Assembly (NCBI GenBank): GCA_963793265.1
Contig: CAWBZI010000007.1
Location: 320,001-384,000, forward strand
From: an uncultured cyanobacterium
GTDB taxonomy: Bacteria > Cyanobacteriota > Cyanobacteriia > Phormidesmidales > Phormidesmidaceae
Direction of reading: 5' to 3'
Length of the DNA: 64,000 nucleotides
The notes below the pieces were generated by a model. That model was given only the letters and a program-made list of their open reading frames with translations, searched no databases and was not told the origin of the DNA. Positions within the stretch are counted from its first letter, which is position 1. Every line of letters begins with the position of its first letter. The position numbers and the translations under genes are program-made. This document shows, piece after piece, positions 20,324-31,421 of this stretch.

Positions 20324-20483
20324 ACATCGGAGCGCTAGCTTGGTTCTTTAGCTCTGAGCTGTCTGCTTGTCTGACAGCTATGGCTAGCGCGCTTTCGGTG
20401 GTAGTCTTTTTGATACTCGGTCAATGTCGTCAGATTTAACGATCTGTTGGCTAAAACAAGGTGTATTCAACAAAGAGATAGTT

Positions 20484-21368
20484 ATGGCTGTGAGATTGCG
20501 AAGCGCACTGTCTGCTGGGTTACTTGGCGCACTGTTATCAGGCGTATTGAGTTCTCAGAATGCAAGGGCTGAAGGTGTAAAGGCTGAAAGTGCGATCGCT
20601 AAAATTCCGCTTCAAACTCGTAGCCTCAAAACGGCAGTAGAAATTCCTGAAGATGCCGAAGGCCATGCCAGTGCGCTGCCAACTTCTGCAGCTAAGGTCG
20701 GCAACGTTCGCCAAGAAATGACTGAGATTACAGAAGCCGACGGTACGACCGTAATTTTGCCGCCAGGCTACGAAGAAGGCCAGGCTTATCCAGCGCTAGT
20801 GCTGATGCCCTACACCAATCGCACTGCGCTCCATATGTTCAACTGGGGCATGTACGAAGCCTATCACCAGCGCACCGAAGGGTCATTCATTGTGATTATG
20901 CCGCCGGGCCAAGGTAGCTCAGCGAACTGGTCGGGCTCGGGGTGGGAAGCTTTGGTAAATGAGTACGAAGCTTACGTGCAGCAAGACTTAGAACCATTAG
21001 TAGCTAAGTATAATGTCGCGCCCGATCAGCTCGCGATTGGTGGCTTTTCGCTGGGTGGAGACTTGAGCTGGACGCTCAGCTTGCGTAACCCCGATATTTT
21101 TAGCGGCGCGATTGTGATGGGTAGCATGTCGAACTACCGCAATCCGCAAAGTGCCAGGCAGCTAGCGGGCAATGACTTTCGCTACTTTATGGTGATGGGC
21201 GGCTATGACGGTAATCGAGGCGCTATGCACAATGCGTTAGATAGCTTAGAGGCGCATGATATTGACTATCACTATGAAGAGGTTAGTAATGCGGGCCACG
21301 GCGATTTGCCAGCGCAAATGCAGCCCGATCTATTTTTGTCGGGTATGGACTACGTTTTTTCGGAATAA
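20484..21368 (+). CDS. Secreted alpha/beta hydrolase (esterase-like)
   Basis: Signal peptide; GFSLGG nucleophile elbow; C-terminal GH. Confidence 0.78.
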   Translation: MAVRLRSALSAGLLGALLSGVLSSQNARAEGVKAESAIAKIPLQTRSLKTAVEIPEDAEGHASALPTSAAKVGNVRQEMTEITEADGTTVILPPGYEEGQAYPALVLMPYTNRTALHMFNWGMYEAYHQRTEGSFIVIMPPGQGSSANWSGSGWEALVNEYEAYVQQDLEPLVAKYNVAPDQLAIGGFSLGGDLSWTLSLRNPDIFSGAIVMGSMSNYRNPQSARQLAGNDFRYFMVMGGYDGNRGAMHNALDSLEAHDIDYHYEEVSNAGHGDLPAQMQPDLFLSGMDYVFSE

Positions 21369-21761
21369 GTTTTTTTGAATCAGGGATTGCTCTATGCGAT
21401 CGCTGCAAAAGATCTATGCATTTTTCAGAAGCATCAATATACAGCCTTCATAGCGTTTATCTAGGTAAATTCTAGATGCTGTCAATTACATTCTCTAATT
21501 TTCTTTGCGAAACTACTGATACCACGCGTTACAGGTTATTTTGACGTATCTGTGAAAAGACTGGGCAGTATAAAGCGTGCATAAACCTAATAAAAATTGG
21601 CAATACACATTTCAGTAAACATTTCTACCGTAGGTAACTGTGCTCATGTTTTAAAAGTTGCGGTTGCGCTAAAGGTTGTTTTAATGTTTAGTGATATGAG
21701 CATTTTTGATTAGCTGTTGTCTACCTGCCAACAGATTACTTAGTCTTTTCGCATACTTTTT

Positions 21762-22889
21762 ATGACTAATAAACAAGAGAGTCCTTTCTTCAAGGGCTTC
21801 CCGTTTGCGCTGCCCGCTCTTGCTGTAGGAGCAGTTCTAGGTTTTGGTAGCTATAATTTTGCGCGTCACAACAGTTTGAGTACTCATAAGTTGTTGTCTG
21901 CGATACTAAATGCAAATTCTGCTGTAGCTGCTGAAACAATTGATACACAAATTGCCAAGCGTCCGGTCAATCCGCCTCAAGCGGTTACCACTCAAACGCT
22001 CTGGCAATCAAAAGAGATTCGAGGAATTTATCTTAGCCGGTATCAAATAACTGGCAGTACCAGAGAAGAGACTATTCGCGATCGCGTTCGATACTACAAA
22101 TCGCAAGGGATCAACACCATCATTCACGGCGTATGGGGCAATGGCTGCCCAATGTACAACAGTAAAGTGATGGAAGATACCTTTGGGATTAAAAGCTGTC
22201 CTAACGCTTTTAATGAAGAGTGGCTAGACTGGCTGCTAGATGAGGCCCATAAGCAGGGAATGCAGGTACACGCCTACTTTGAAAAAGGGATTAAGCTAGA
22301 CGAAGACAGTCCTATTTTTGAAACTGCTGTTGCTAACAATTGGTTTGTTCCTGGTGTTGATCGCACCTATGCCGGTGTTGATCACTATCTGTTGAATGTC
22401 GATAAGCCTGCTGTGAGCACATTCTTTAGCCAAATATCGGCAGAGTTTGTTCAGCGATATCCTACTGTTGACGCGGTGCAGTGGGACGATTATCTAGGCT
22501 ATCATTCTGACTTGCCGGGCTCGGAATATCGCACATCTTCACTCACCCGGTTTGTGCAAAGGCTCAGAACAAGCGTGAAGCGGTCTAATCCAAACGTGAG
22601 CTTCGATCTGTGCCACCACAATCCCTATTGGAGCAGTCGCTATTTCGCGGCTGACTGGACAAATTGGGATGCGGATCGGGCGTTTATTCAAGCTTACAAC
22701 GACAACAACTTTCGAGATGAGATAGCCTACGCTGAAGCCCATTCAGGCGTAGCGATTACTGAAAATCAGTTTCATCGATTGGATGAGCTGGTGAAGAACG
22801 AGAATATCGAGAGCATTTTGATATTTCCGTCTCAGGGAAATCCTGAAGAGGCCGCGGGGTTGATTAAAAACTATACGGCGGTGCGGTAG
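21762..22889 (+). CDS. Glycoside hydrolase-like family 10 (GHL10/DUF187) protein
   Basis: 'EIRGIYL', 'GINTI', 'EAHKQGMQVHAYFE', 'DAVQWDDY'. Confidence 0.82.
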   Translation: MTNKQESPFFKGFPFALPALAVGAVLGFGSYNFARHNSLSTHKLLSAILNANSAVAAETIDTQIAKRPVNPPQAVTTQTLWQSKEIRGIYLSRYQITGSTREETIRDRVRYYKSQGINTIIHGVWGNGCPMYNSKVMEDTFGIKSCPNAFNEEWLDWLLDEAHKQGMQVHAYFEKGIKLDEDSPIFETAVANNWFVPGVDRTYAGVDHYLLNVDKPAVSTFFSQISAEFVQRYPTVDAVQWDDYLGYHSDLPGSEYRTSSLTRFVQRLRTSVKRSNPNVSFDLCHHNPYWSSRYFAADWTNWDADRAFIQAYNDNNFRDEIAYAEAHSGVAITENQFHRLDELVKNENIESILIFPSQGNPEEAAGLIKNYTAVR

Positions 22890-22913
22890 ATACGGTAGAG
22901 GGCGTAAGGCATT

Positions 22914-23152
22914 CATTGGTGTCAACTTAAGCATGTATCCCTCGTGGCGTAAGCTGCTCAGCCCTCATCCTAAATCCTTCTCCCGAGGGGAGAAGGACTT
23001 CAGAGTCCGGGTTCCCTTCTCCCCTCGGGAAAACGCACTATGCTACCAAGGTGTCACTAAGTTGTGTCTTTAAAGGGCTAGGGATGAGGGCTACGAAACG
23101 TATGCTGAACACCTATGACTGCAAGCATTTCAGCGTTAAGTTGACACCAATG
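22914..23152. mobile_element. MITE-like element with 17-bp perfect terminal inverted repeats
   Basis: CATTGGTGTCAACTTAA (22914-22930) and TTAAGTTGACACCAATG (23136-23152); no transposase ORF; lies between convergent genes. Confidence 0.72.
22960..23092. repeat. Internal palindromic CCCTCATCC...CCTTCTCCC/GGGAGAAGG...GGATGAGGG repeat
   Basis: AGCCCTCATCC (22960) pairs with GGATGAGGGCT (ends 23092); internal TCCCGAGGGGAGAAGG / CCTTCTCCCCTCGGGA inverted pair. Confidence 0.7.
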
Positions 23153-23179
23153 ATAGCCATGCGCCCCTACGACGTTTTC

Positions 23180-25033
23180 TTACACCTGCTCAACTAGCTC
23201 CTCAAACCGAACAACAGATTTTTCAACAATATCCAAACTATCTTGCCAAAACTGAGGCTGTCTCAGATCTTTCTGCAAGTGCTGCTGCACCAGATCTTCT
23301 GCTGTCATCGTGCCGGTATCACGCAACAGATCGGTATATCGCTGGTTAAAATCGCTGCCGTAAACAGGCTGCTGCGCATAGATCCCTAAGCTGAACAGAT
23401 AGCCAAACAAGTACGGATAGTTGTAAAAGCCGAGACTAGAAATAGAGAAGTGAAGCTTGCTCGCCCAGAACAGATCGTCGTACTGGCTGAGGCTATCTTC
23501 AAACCACATTTTCCAGCTATCACGCATCATCTCGCTGAGCTGAGCGGGCCGCAGCGCGCCCACTTTTCTCGCCTCAACCAAACGCTTTTCAAACTCAAAC
23601 CGAGCGGGAATATTTAACAGAAAAACCGCTGCGCTGCTGGCATCTTCCCAAGCAATTTCCATCTGTTGCGCGGGGGTCGTAGCCCTTTGCATGAGCGCAT
23701 CTCGAACGAGCGTTTCGGCAAAGATGCTCGCTGTCTCAGCTAGGGTCATCGGGTAGCGGGTTTTCATTTTAGACAGATCGCGCATTACCCAGTTGTGCCA
23801 GGCGTGGCCTAGCTCGTGGGCAAGCGTGATGACGTTGCTCATCGTGCCCTCGTAGGTCATAAAAATGCGGGGCTCTCTCGGGTCGCTAAAGCCGGAGCAG
23901 TATGCGCCTGTCGATCGGTTTGGGGTGGGCTTGCCGTCTATCCAGCCTTTTTCGGCCATCATGGTAGCGAATTTGCCCATTTCAGGCGTGAGATTGTTGA
24001 AGGCGTTTGAGATCAGGGCGATCGCCTCTTCAAACGGAATCTTCTCACCATCTCCTGATGCACTAGGCGCACCCGCCATCGTATCCCAAGGATTCATTTG
24101 CGCCTGACCCAACGCCTTAGCCATCGCGGCTAGGGCTCTATGCCCAATCTTTCGATTTTGATAGGTTGTGTCCATCAGCGCATCAAGCGTCGATCTTTCA
24201 ATTCGGCTTTGATGACAGCTTTTATCGAGGTAGTGGAGCTGACGCACATTAGAGCGCTTTTTGGCTTCTTCTAATCGCCAGCCATTAATAGCATTGAGTC
24301 CAGCGGCAACGGCAGGTTGTTGAGTAGCCCAAGCGCTACGGATACCGTCCCAAGCCGCTTTGCGAGTATCAGCGCTAGTGCTGCTCAGCAGATTAGCTGC
24401 CTGAGCGAGGCCCATGGTTTCTCCCTGCACTTCGCACTTTAGGGTGCCTGCTAGCTCGCTGTAGAGATTGCCCCAGGTGTGCAGTCCATTAGTAGCCAGC
24501 GCCGTCATGAGCTGTTCTTCAGCTACGCTGAGTAAAAAGTCTTTTTGTTTACGAGCGTGACGCAGCAAAAACTCAATTTCGCTCAGGTCGGGGTCAGCCA
24601 GTAGCGCCGTTATGAACGCTTCGCTAGCCCTTTCTAGGAAAATATTCAGCGGCTTCATGCCCTCTTCCAAGTCAGCGCTGAGCTTTTGCAGGATGGGCAT
24701 CCAGGTATTAGCGTGCTCATCTTGGGTATCGACACTGAGGGCGGTGTAGATGAAGGTGCCAGTGTTGCCTAAGCGGCTGAGGATGTCTTTGCGCTGTAGG
24801 TGAATGGGGCGAATTTGATTGATGAGATTGGCGTAGTCGGCCAGATCAATCGTTTCGGCGGTTTCGGCTAAAGTTTTGAAGGGCTTGCAGTCAGCAGTGA
24901 TATTGGCAATGTCGGCCTTAAGGGCTTCTACGGTGGCGTCGATTTTAGGATCGCGGGTGCTGCTGTAGAACTTCGTGTTGTCCCAGGTTTGGCGCAGTGT
25001 CGCTGTAGGCTTTGCAGGGATGGTAGCTGTCAT
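23180..25033 (-). CDS. M3 family oligoendopeptidase (PepF-like)
   Basis: HELGH zinc motif, 'GAYC', 'LAETASIFAE', 'FYNYPYLFG'. Confidence 0.92.
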   Translation of the reverse strand: MTATIPAKPTATLRQTWDNTKFYSSTRDPKIDATVEALKADIANITADCKPFKTLAETAETIDLADYANLINQIRPIHLQRKDILSRLGNTGTFIYTALSVDTQDEHANTWMPILQKLSADLEEGMKPLNIFLERASEAFITALLADPDLSEIEFLLRHARKQKDFLLSVAEEQLMTALATNGLHTWGNLYSELAGTLKCEVQGETMGLAQAANLLSSTSADTRKAAWDGIRSAWATQQPAVAAGLNAINGWRLEEAKKRSNVRQLHYLDKSCHQSRIERSTLDALMDTTYQNRKIGHRALAAMAKALGQAQMNPWDTMAGAPSASGDGEKIPFEEAIALISNAFNNLTPEMGKFATMMAEKGWIDGKPTPNRSTGAYCSGFSDPREPRIFMTYEGTMSNVITLAHELGHAWHNWVMRDLSKMKTRYPMTLAETASIFAETLVRDALMQRATTPAQQMEIAWEDASSAAVFLLNIPARFEFEKRLVEARKVGALRPAQLSEMMRDSWKMWFEDSLSQYDDLFWASKLHFSISSLGFYNYPYLFGYLFSLGIYAQQPVYGSDFNQRYTDLLRDTGTMTAEDLVQQHLQKDLRQPQFWQDSLDIVEKSVVRFEELVEQV

Positions 25034-25159
25034 AGGGTTTTGGTAATTTGATTAATACAGAGATGCTTAAGGGTAGCAAAACTGGAACAGGGCGGCTTGC
25101 TGGTGAAGGAAGGAACATACACAATAGAGACTTTTAACAGCGATCGCACGGCAGCATTC

Positions 25160-26926
25160 ATGAGTAGTTTAATCGGCAAACGCCTGCAATCTGGAAAGTA
25201 CAAGCTGGATACCGTGCTGGGTCGGGGTGGATTTGGTCTGACGTTTCGAGCGCATCAAACCTTTCTAGATCAGGTGGTGGTGATTAAAACGCTGCATGAA
25301 ACGCACTGGCGCGCGCCGAATATTGGCGATTTGCAGCGGCAGTTTCAAGACGAGGCCCGGCGGCTGGCGATGTGCAGCCATCCTAATGTGGTGCGGGTAA
25401 GCGACTTTTTTTTGGAAGACGGCCTGCCCTACATGGTGATGGATTACATTCCAGGGCGATCGCTCTTCGATATCGTCATCCCCAGCAATCCGCTCCCTGT
25501 CAAAGCCTCTGTAGACTACATCAGCCAAATAGGCCGAGCCCTTCAAGCCGTTCACGCTAAAGGCTTACTGCATCGTGACGTAAAGCCGCAAAACATCATG
25601 ATTCACGAGCTGACCGGAGAAGCCGTGCTCATCGACTTTGGCATTGCCCGCGAGCTAACGCAAAACCCAACTCAAACCCACACCAGCATTGTCTCAGAAG
25701 GATATGCGCCGATTGAGCAGTATTTGCCCAAGGCCCATCGGTCGGCGGCAACTGATATCTATGGCTTAGCCGCGACGTTATATACGCTATTAACCGCTGA
25801 GGTGCCAGTGGCGGCGGTGTTGCGCGATCGCAATCCTCTAACGCCAATCAGACAGCTTCGGCCTGATGTGCCTGAACCAATGGCGGCGGCAATTGAGCAG
25901 GGAATGAATATTGAACTGCGCGATCGCCCGCAGTCGGTCGGTCGGTGGCTAACTATGCTAACAGAGGGGCAAAAGACAGGGATCTTCGGGCGATCGCAGC
26001 GTCCCACCGCAAAGCAAGTTTCTAATCGCCTACCGAATTCCTCAGCCGTGCCAACCCAGGTTGCAGCACCAGGCTATCGATCAGCGCCTGCTGGCACGAA
26101 CAGTAAAACGGTAGCGGTGCCTGTTCCTACCGGCTACCGAGAAGAAACCGCTTATCGCCCAGCCGTCCAGCCCAAACCAAAAGGAAAAGGATTGAGCTGT
26201 CTTTCTATTTTAGGACTGCTGGCGTTGTTGATTATGGGCGCTGTAGCGGGCGGTGGCTACTGGCTGTATGAACAGTCTCGGGGACTTTCGCTGCCGCAAA
26301 TAGAGCTGCCCGATGACATTGAGGTAACACTGCCTGAAGCAGAGAACCCTGAGTCAGAATCGGAAGAACCCGAAAGTGAGCAGCCTGAAGCGGAGCCTAC
26401 TCCAGAGCCAAACGTGCCCGATGAGCCTGAGTACACGCCCGTACCTGATAAACCTGTGAGCAGCCCAGGCGCGCCGCCGCTGGTACTTGCAAACAGCGGT
26501 AATCCTGCCAATGCCCAGCCTGGCAACACGGGTGGAATGGTGCCTGTACCAGGATTTTCGCCGGGCACCTCAGAAGATAAGGTAACCGCCAGGCTCGGCC
26601 AACCTACTCGAACCAATTCGGCCAACGGCTTTTATACAACAACTTATACGCTGGTTCCCAATCGCGTCACAGTAGCCTACGTATACGACCAGGGCTCCGA
26701 TCAAGTGCGACAGTCTGAAGCAGCATTTTCACCTGCTACCGACCGGTTTGTCATGCGGACGGCTTTGATCGGCATGTTGAACGGGCGATCCACCACAGAA
26801 ATTGAGAATGGGCTGAAGGCGGTAAGAAAGGGGGAGCGCGATCGCTTTCCGATCAATACAGGCGCGTTTACAGGCGCTATAGAACGCAACGCCAACGGCT
26901 ACATTCATATTCACGTGCAGCAGTAG
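25160..26926 (+). CDS. Membrane Ser/Thr protein kinase
   Basis: LGRGGFG, VVIK, HRDVKPQN, DFG motifs; TM helix; Pro/Glu-rich linker and C-terminal domain. ATG 25160. Confidence 0.93.
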   Translation: MSSLIGKRLQSGKYKLDTVLGRGGFGLTFRAHQTFLDQVVVIKTLHETHWRAPNIGDLQRQFQDEARRLAMCSHPNVVRVSDFFLEDGLPYMVMDYIPGRSLFDIVIPSNPLPVKASVDYISQIGRALQAVHAKGLLHRDVKPQNIMIHELTGEAVLIDFGIARELTQNPTQTHTSIVSEGYAPIEQYLPKAHRSAATDIYGLAATLYTLLTAEVPVAAVLRDRNPLTPIRQLRPDVPEPMAAAIEQGMNIELRDRPQSVGRWLTMLTEGQKTGIFGRSQRPTAKQVSNRLPNSSAVPTQVAAPGYRSAPAGTNSKTVAVPVPTGYREETAYRPAVQPKPKGKGLSCLSILGLLALLIMGAVAGGGYWLYEQSRGLSLPQIELPDDIEVTLPEAENPESESEEPESEQPEAEPTPEPNVPDEPEYTPVPDKPVSSPGAPPLVLANSGNPANAQPGNTGGMVPVPGFSPGTSEDKVTARLGQPTRTNSANGFYTTTYTLVPNRVTVAYVYDQGSDQVRQSEAAFSPATDRFVMRTALIGMLNGRSTTEIENGLKAVRKGERDRFPINTGAFTGAIERNANGYIHIHVQQ

Positions 26927-26996
26927 CGGCTGAGCTATTCCATGAATCTTCTTTGACTTCGCTACGGCGACGCGAGTTGAACGATAAACTGAGGTC

Positions 26997-29807
26997 TTGT
27001 CGCAACCTACGCAAGGCAGTTCTACAGTTATGTCTACAGTTCAGCAGTGGCACACGCTAGGAACAAGTGAAGCTTTGACGGCCCTTAGCAGCAGCTCAGA
27101 AAAGGGACTAAGTGCGGCAGAAGCAGACAAGCGACTAGCGGAATACGGCACGAATGAACTGAAGGAGACGGGCGGTCGCAGTCGCCTGAAAATTTTGCTC
27201 GATCAGTTTGCAGATGTGATGCTGCTGATGCTGATTGGGGTGGCTGTTGTGGCGGCGGTGCTGGATATTCGGGCGGGAAATTTTCCCAAGGATGCGATCG
27301 CAATTTCCGCCATTGTCCTGATCAACGCAGCCTTAGGCTACTTTCAAGAGAGCAAAGCAGAAGAGGCGCTATCTGGATTAAAAGCACTTTCTGCCCCAAA
27401 CGTGTCGGTACTGCGAGACGGTCAGCGACAGCAGCTACCGGCAAAGGAGTTAGTGCCGGGCGATTTGGTGCTGTTAGAAGCGGGCGATCAGGTGGCAGCC
27501 GATGGGAGACTGTTAGAAGCAGCTAGCTTGCAGGCTAGGGAGTCGGCGCTGACGGGGGAAGCGACTGGGGTAGAGAAGCGATCGCAAGAAACGCTGCCTG
27601 AGGACACTGCACTAGCCGACCAAAAGAATCTTGTTTTTCAGGGCACCGAGATTGTTCACGGACGCGGCAAGATGCTGGTGACGCGCACTGGCATGGACAC
27701 AGAGCTAGGCAAAATTGCCACCATGATTCAGTCAGTATCCGTGCTCTCTACACCCTTGCAGCAGCGGCTCAAGCAGCTAGGCAACGTGTTGGTCATTGGC
27801 TCTCTTTCGCTGGTAACCATTGTTGTTGTTGTCGGTACAATCGTTCTAGGCTGGCCGTCGTTTGAAGAATTGCTTACCGTGTCGTTGAGTATGGCGGTGG
27901 CGGTGGTGCCAGAAGGACTGCCTGCGGTGATTACGGTGACGCTGGCGATTGGAACGCAGCGGATGGTAAAGCGACAGTCCTTAATTCGCAGGCTCCCGGC
28001 GGTAGAAACGCTGGGCTCGGTGACGACCATTTGTTCTGATAAAACCGGGACGCTGACGCAGAACAAAATGGTGGTGCAGTCGGTGCACGTTGCCGGGCTT
28101 CCTTTTGAGAGCAATATAGAAGTTAGTGGCGAGGGCTATGTGCCTGAAGGAGAGTTTCTGTTAAAAGAGAAGGTGGTGGAGCCTTTAGAGAAACCGACGC
28201 TGGCTTTGTTGCTGTTGAACTGCGCGCTGTGTAACGATGCCGCGCTGCAAAAAGAAGATAGCGCAGAAGGTAAGCAGTGGGGGATTGTGGGCGACCCGAC
28301 AGAAGGGGCGCTGGTGACGCTGGCGGCTAAAGCTGGACTGGATAAAGGACAGCTAGACTATGAGTTTGTGCGGCAAGATGAATTTCCGTTTTCTTCTGAG
28401 CGCAAGCGGATGAGCGTGATGGTGTCGGTGCCCGAGAGTAATAAGCTGGGGATTGATGCGGCGGCGGTGGTGTTTGCCAAGGGGTCTGCTGAGCTGTTGC
28501 TAGAGCGCTGTAATCGGATTGGGCATGGGGGGCGATCGCTTGCTGAAGATGACCGAAAGGAGATATTAAAAAAGACCGAAGCGCTAGCGAGTGAAGGCGA
28601 GAGAGTGCTGGGGTTTGCCTATAAACCGTTAGAGTCTGAGAGCCAAAAGCTGACAGAAGAATCGGCTGAACAAGATCTGATTTGGCTGGGGCTAGTTGCG
28701 ATGATTGATGCCCCCAGACCCGAGGTACTAGGCGCGGTAAAGCGCTGCCAAAGAGCCGGAATTCGTCCGGTCATGATTACAGGCGATCATCCTCTAACCG
28801 CGCGGGCGTTGGCATTTGACTTGGGCTTAGTGAGTGCGCCTGATTCGGAGGTGTATACGGGGCAAAAGATAGAGGCGATGAGCCAGGATGAGCTAGAGCA
28901 GGTTGTGAAGTCTGTGAGCGTATATGCGCGGGTATCCCCTGAGCACAAGCTGCGAATTGTACAGGCATTGCAGGCGCAAAAACAGGTCGTCGCGATGACC
29001 GGAGACGGGGTGAATGATGCCCCTGCGCTGAAGCAGGCCGATATCGGCGTGGCGATGGGCATTACGGGCACTGATGTCAGCAAAGATGCAAGCGATATGG
29101 TACTGCTAGACGACAACTTTGCTTCGATTGTGGCCGCTGCCGAAGAGGGGCGAGTGGTGTATAGCAATATTCGCCGGTTTGTAAAATATATCTTAGGCTC
29201 CAACATTGGCGAGGTGATTACGATTGCCCTTTCACCTTTACTGCTGCCAATCGTCGCCGTGCCGCTTACGCCCTTACAAATTCTGTGGATGAATCTTGTC
29301 ACCGATGGCTTTCCGGCTTTAGCGCTGGCGCTAGAACCACCGGAGCCAAACACGATGGATCGGCCACCGCACGACCCTAAAGAGAGTATTTTTGCCCGCG
29401 GGCTGGGTTGGTATATGGTGCGCGTGGGCATCGTGTTTGCAATCTTGGCGATTTCGCTGATGCTGTGGTCATATGGCTATACGCAGCAGAGCGGCAATCC
29501 TGAGCGATGGAAGACGATGGTGTTTACGATGCTGTGTTTGTCGCAAATGGGTCATGCGATCGCCGTTCGTTCTAGCCACAAGCTCGCAATCGAAATGTCT
29601 CAGCTTTCTAATCCTTACGTACTCCTAGCTGTTGTTACCACCACCGTGCTACAGCTCTTACTCATCTACGTACCTTTCCTACGGAACTTCTTCGGCACAC
29701 ACTACCTATCGATTACAGATTTGCTGGTATGCGTAGGCTTTAGCTCGTTGTTGTTTTTGTGGATCGAACTGGAGAAGCTGTTTATTCGTAGCAGGTCAGC
29801 GACGTAA
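26997..29807 (+). CDS. P-type cation-transporting ATPase (P2A, Ca2+/PacL-like)
   Basis: [25 protein letters not shown] motifs. Start TTG 26997 or ATG 27030. Confidence 0.95.
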   Translation: MSQPTQGSSTVMSTVQQWHTLGTSEALTALSSSSEKGLSAAEADKRLAEYGTNELKETGGRSRLKILLDQFADVMLLMLIGVAVVAAVLDIRAGNFPKDAIAISAIVLINAALGYFQESKAEEALSGLKALSAPNVSVLRDGQRQQLPAKELVPGDLVLLEAGDQVAADGRLLEAASLQARESALTGEATGVEKRSQETLPEDTALADQKNLVFQGTEIVHGRGKMLVTRTGMDTELGKIATMIQSVSVLSTPLQQRLKQLGNVLVIGSLSLVTIVVVVGTIVLGWPSFEELLTVSLSMAVAVVPEGLPAVITVTLAIGTQRMVKRQSLIRRLPAVETLGSVTTICSDKTGTLTQNKMVVQSVHVAGLPFESNIEVSGEGYVPEGEFLLKEKVVEPLEKPTLALLLLNCALCNDAALQKEDSAEGKQWGIVGDPTEGALVTLAAKAGLDKGQLDYEFVRQDEFPFSSERKRMSVMVSVPESNKLGIDAAAVVFAKGSAELLLERCNRIGHGGRSLAEDDRKEILKKTEALASEGERVLGFAYKPLESESQKLTEESAEQDLIWLGLVAMIDAPRPEVLGAVKRCQRAGIRPVMITGDHPLTARALAFDLGLVSAPDSEVYTGQKIEAMSQDELEQVVKSVSVYARVSPEHKLRIVQALQAQKQVVAMTGDGVNDAPALKQADIGVAMGITGTDVSKDASDMVLLDDNFASIVAAAEEGRVVYSNIRRFVKYILGSNIGEVITIALSPLLLPIVAVPLTPLQILWMNLVTDGFPALALALEPPEPNTMDRPPHDPKESIFARGLGWYMVRVGIVFAILAISLMLWSYGYTQQSGNPERWKTMVFTMLCLSQMGHAIAVRSSHKLAIEMSQLSNPYVLLAVVTTTVLQLLLIYVPFLRNFFGTHYLSITDLLVCVGFSSLLFLWIELEKLFIRSRSAT

Positions 29808-29837
29808 GCGGCCAGCCGACCAACGCTAAACGTTTAA

Positions 29838-29893
29838 TCTTCTGGCTAAATTCTTCTGGCTAAATTCTTTTAGCCAAATTCTTCTAGCCAAAC
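29838..29893. repeat. Four tandem 14-bp units (TCTTYTRGCYAAAY)
   Basis: tcttctggctaaat x2, tcttttagccaaat, tcttctagccaaac; overlaps the stop of the 29884 gene. Confidence 0.8.
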
Positions 29894-30441
29894 ACAACCC
29901 CCTTTTTGGCATCATCAGAGTATACGTGAAAGGTAAATCCAGGCTCCAAGCAGGTAATGCGATGAATGCAGTTATCATAGCGCTCGGCTTCTCCAAAAGA
30001 CCAGGTAGCCTCCGCCTGCTGTAGCCGCTGGACTTCTTTTACATACAGACCGCTAGTGAGCGTTGTCCCAAAAGTTTCTACTTCAAACACGCCGCTGACA
30101 ACATAGTAAAAAGAGAAGTCGGGATGACCATGAATAGAGGTTTTTGCCTGCTTATCCCAGCGCATTACCAGTGCTTCAAAGTCTCTATAGTCGAGCGTGG
30201 CACTCGGTTCCGTAATTAATGACTCTTTTGCGATACAGGTTCGCGTGTAGTTTGCTGACTCAAACGGCATATGATCCATATTAGGAAAAGCCCCTGTGTC
30301 GAGGTTGCCCTGTAGCCATAGTCCTAATAGCTGACGGCTCGCGGTATTCTCTAGAGCGGTATTGTGAGAAGTGTTTTGGTCAATATTATCTCGGTAGTCG
30401 AGCAGCCTTTGAAACAGACGATCTAGGTCAATAGTTTGCAT
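29884..30441 (-). CDS. Cysteine dioxygenase-like cupin
   Basis: 'YTRT', 'W......SIHGH', 'IHRI', 'HVYS': 3-His cupin pattern. Confidence 0.75.
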   Translation of the reverse strand: MQTIDLDRLFQRLLDYRDNIDQNTSHNTALENTASRQLLGLWLQGNLDTGAFPNMDHMPFESANYTRTCIAKESLITEPSATLDYRDFEALVMRWDKQAKTSIHGHPDFSFYYVVSGVFEVETFGTTLTSGLYVKEVQRLQQAEATWSFGEAERYDNCIHRITCLEPGFTFHVYSDDAKKGVVFG

Positions 30442-30733
30442 TAGCTCACCTGCGCTAAATCAAAATGATCGGTCGCTCGGAACATAGACAAACCCCTTTT
30501 TGCGTTGCTAGCCCATAGAAGACGAGAAAGATGAGAATAGGCTTTGCAAGCTCAATCACAAACCTTAAAAAATCTGACTAACTGTTTTTTCGACAAGAGC
30601 ATCATCATAGAGCATCCAGCAATACTATTCATAAACTAAACCATTTCTCATTATCAACTCATCTCGCAAATCGTCTTGCAGGCTAATAGTTAGCTACACC
30701 TGTTCAAAACAGCAGTCACTCTAAAGCCTCCCT

Positions 30734-31351
30734 ATGAATCGAAAAACGTACAAAAAAGTGCCCAAAAGACTGCTTTACGGCACTGCATTTGCAGTCAGCC
30801 TATGCCTATTTGCAAGCACCGGCTTCTCTAATAACCTATCTGCACCTCGCCTGGGTTCAGCCACCGCTCAGGCCCAAACGTCAGGTATGACGCTAACGCA
30901 GCTAGAAGCCATTCTCAAGGCAGAAGACAACAACTTACAGGGTAGCGCCGGGCAGTGGCAGCTCAATGTAAACGTTCAAAATCCTGAAGATCCTTCATTA
31001 CAGGCTACTCGCCCTGTTGTCGTACTGGCTGACCAAACCAACAACCGCATGAGAATTGTGGCTCCTGTGGCTGCTGCTAGCGAGATGTCTGCGCAGCAGG
31101 TGCAAATTGTTTTGCTCGCCAATTTTCATACGGCTTTAGACGCCCGCTATGCCCTGTCGGAAGACACGCTGGTTTCTGTTTTTGTTCATCCGCTGGGCTC
31201 TCTTAGCGAGGACGATTTGCGCTCAGGGCTGAGCCAGGTCGCTACTTTAGCCGATACTTTTGGCACCACTTACTCTAGCGGCATCATTGGCTTTGGCCCC
31301 GGCAATCAGTCAAATTCTCAGCCTGCCTCTGCTGATGATTTGCCTATTTAA
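30734..31351 (+). CDS. Secreted protein, YbjN/T3SS-chaperone-like fold
   Basis: Signal peptide; 'NRMRIVAPV', 'L.ANFHTALDARYA', 'TFGTTYSSG'. Confidence 0.65.
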   Translation: MNRKTYKKVPKRLLYGTAFAVSLCLFASTGFSNNLSAPRLGSATAQAQTSGMTLTQLEAILKAEDNNLQGSAGQWQLNVNVQNPEDPSLQATRPVVVLADQTNNRMRIVAPVAAASEMSAQQVQIVLLANFHTALDARYALSEDTLVSVFVHPLGSLSEDDLRSGLSQVATLADTFGTTYSSGIIGFGPGNQSNSQPASADDLPI

Positions 31352-31421
31352 CGCTGTGTTTATGTAGCTTGCTCACCTCACAAAGGTTCATCCAACAGGA
31401 TTCATCTAACAGGATATTCTC

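Noticed and set aside
22904..23162. Target-site duplication around the MITE-like element
   Set aside because: The flanks (GTAAGGCATT vs ATAGCCATGC) are not a direct repeat.
31387..31414. Two-copy 14-bp direct repeat before the spondin gene
   Set aside because: It looks like a simple local duplication including the RBS; no further support for a function.
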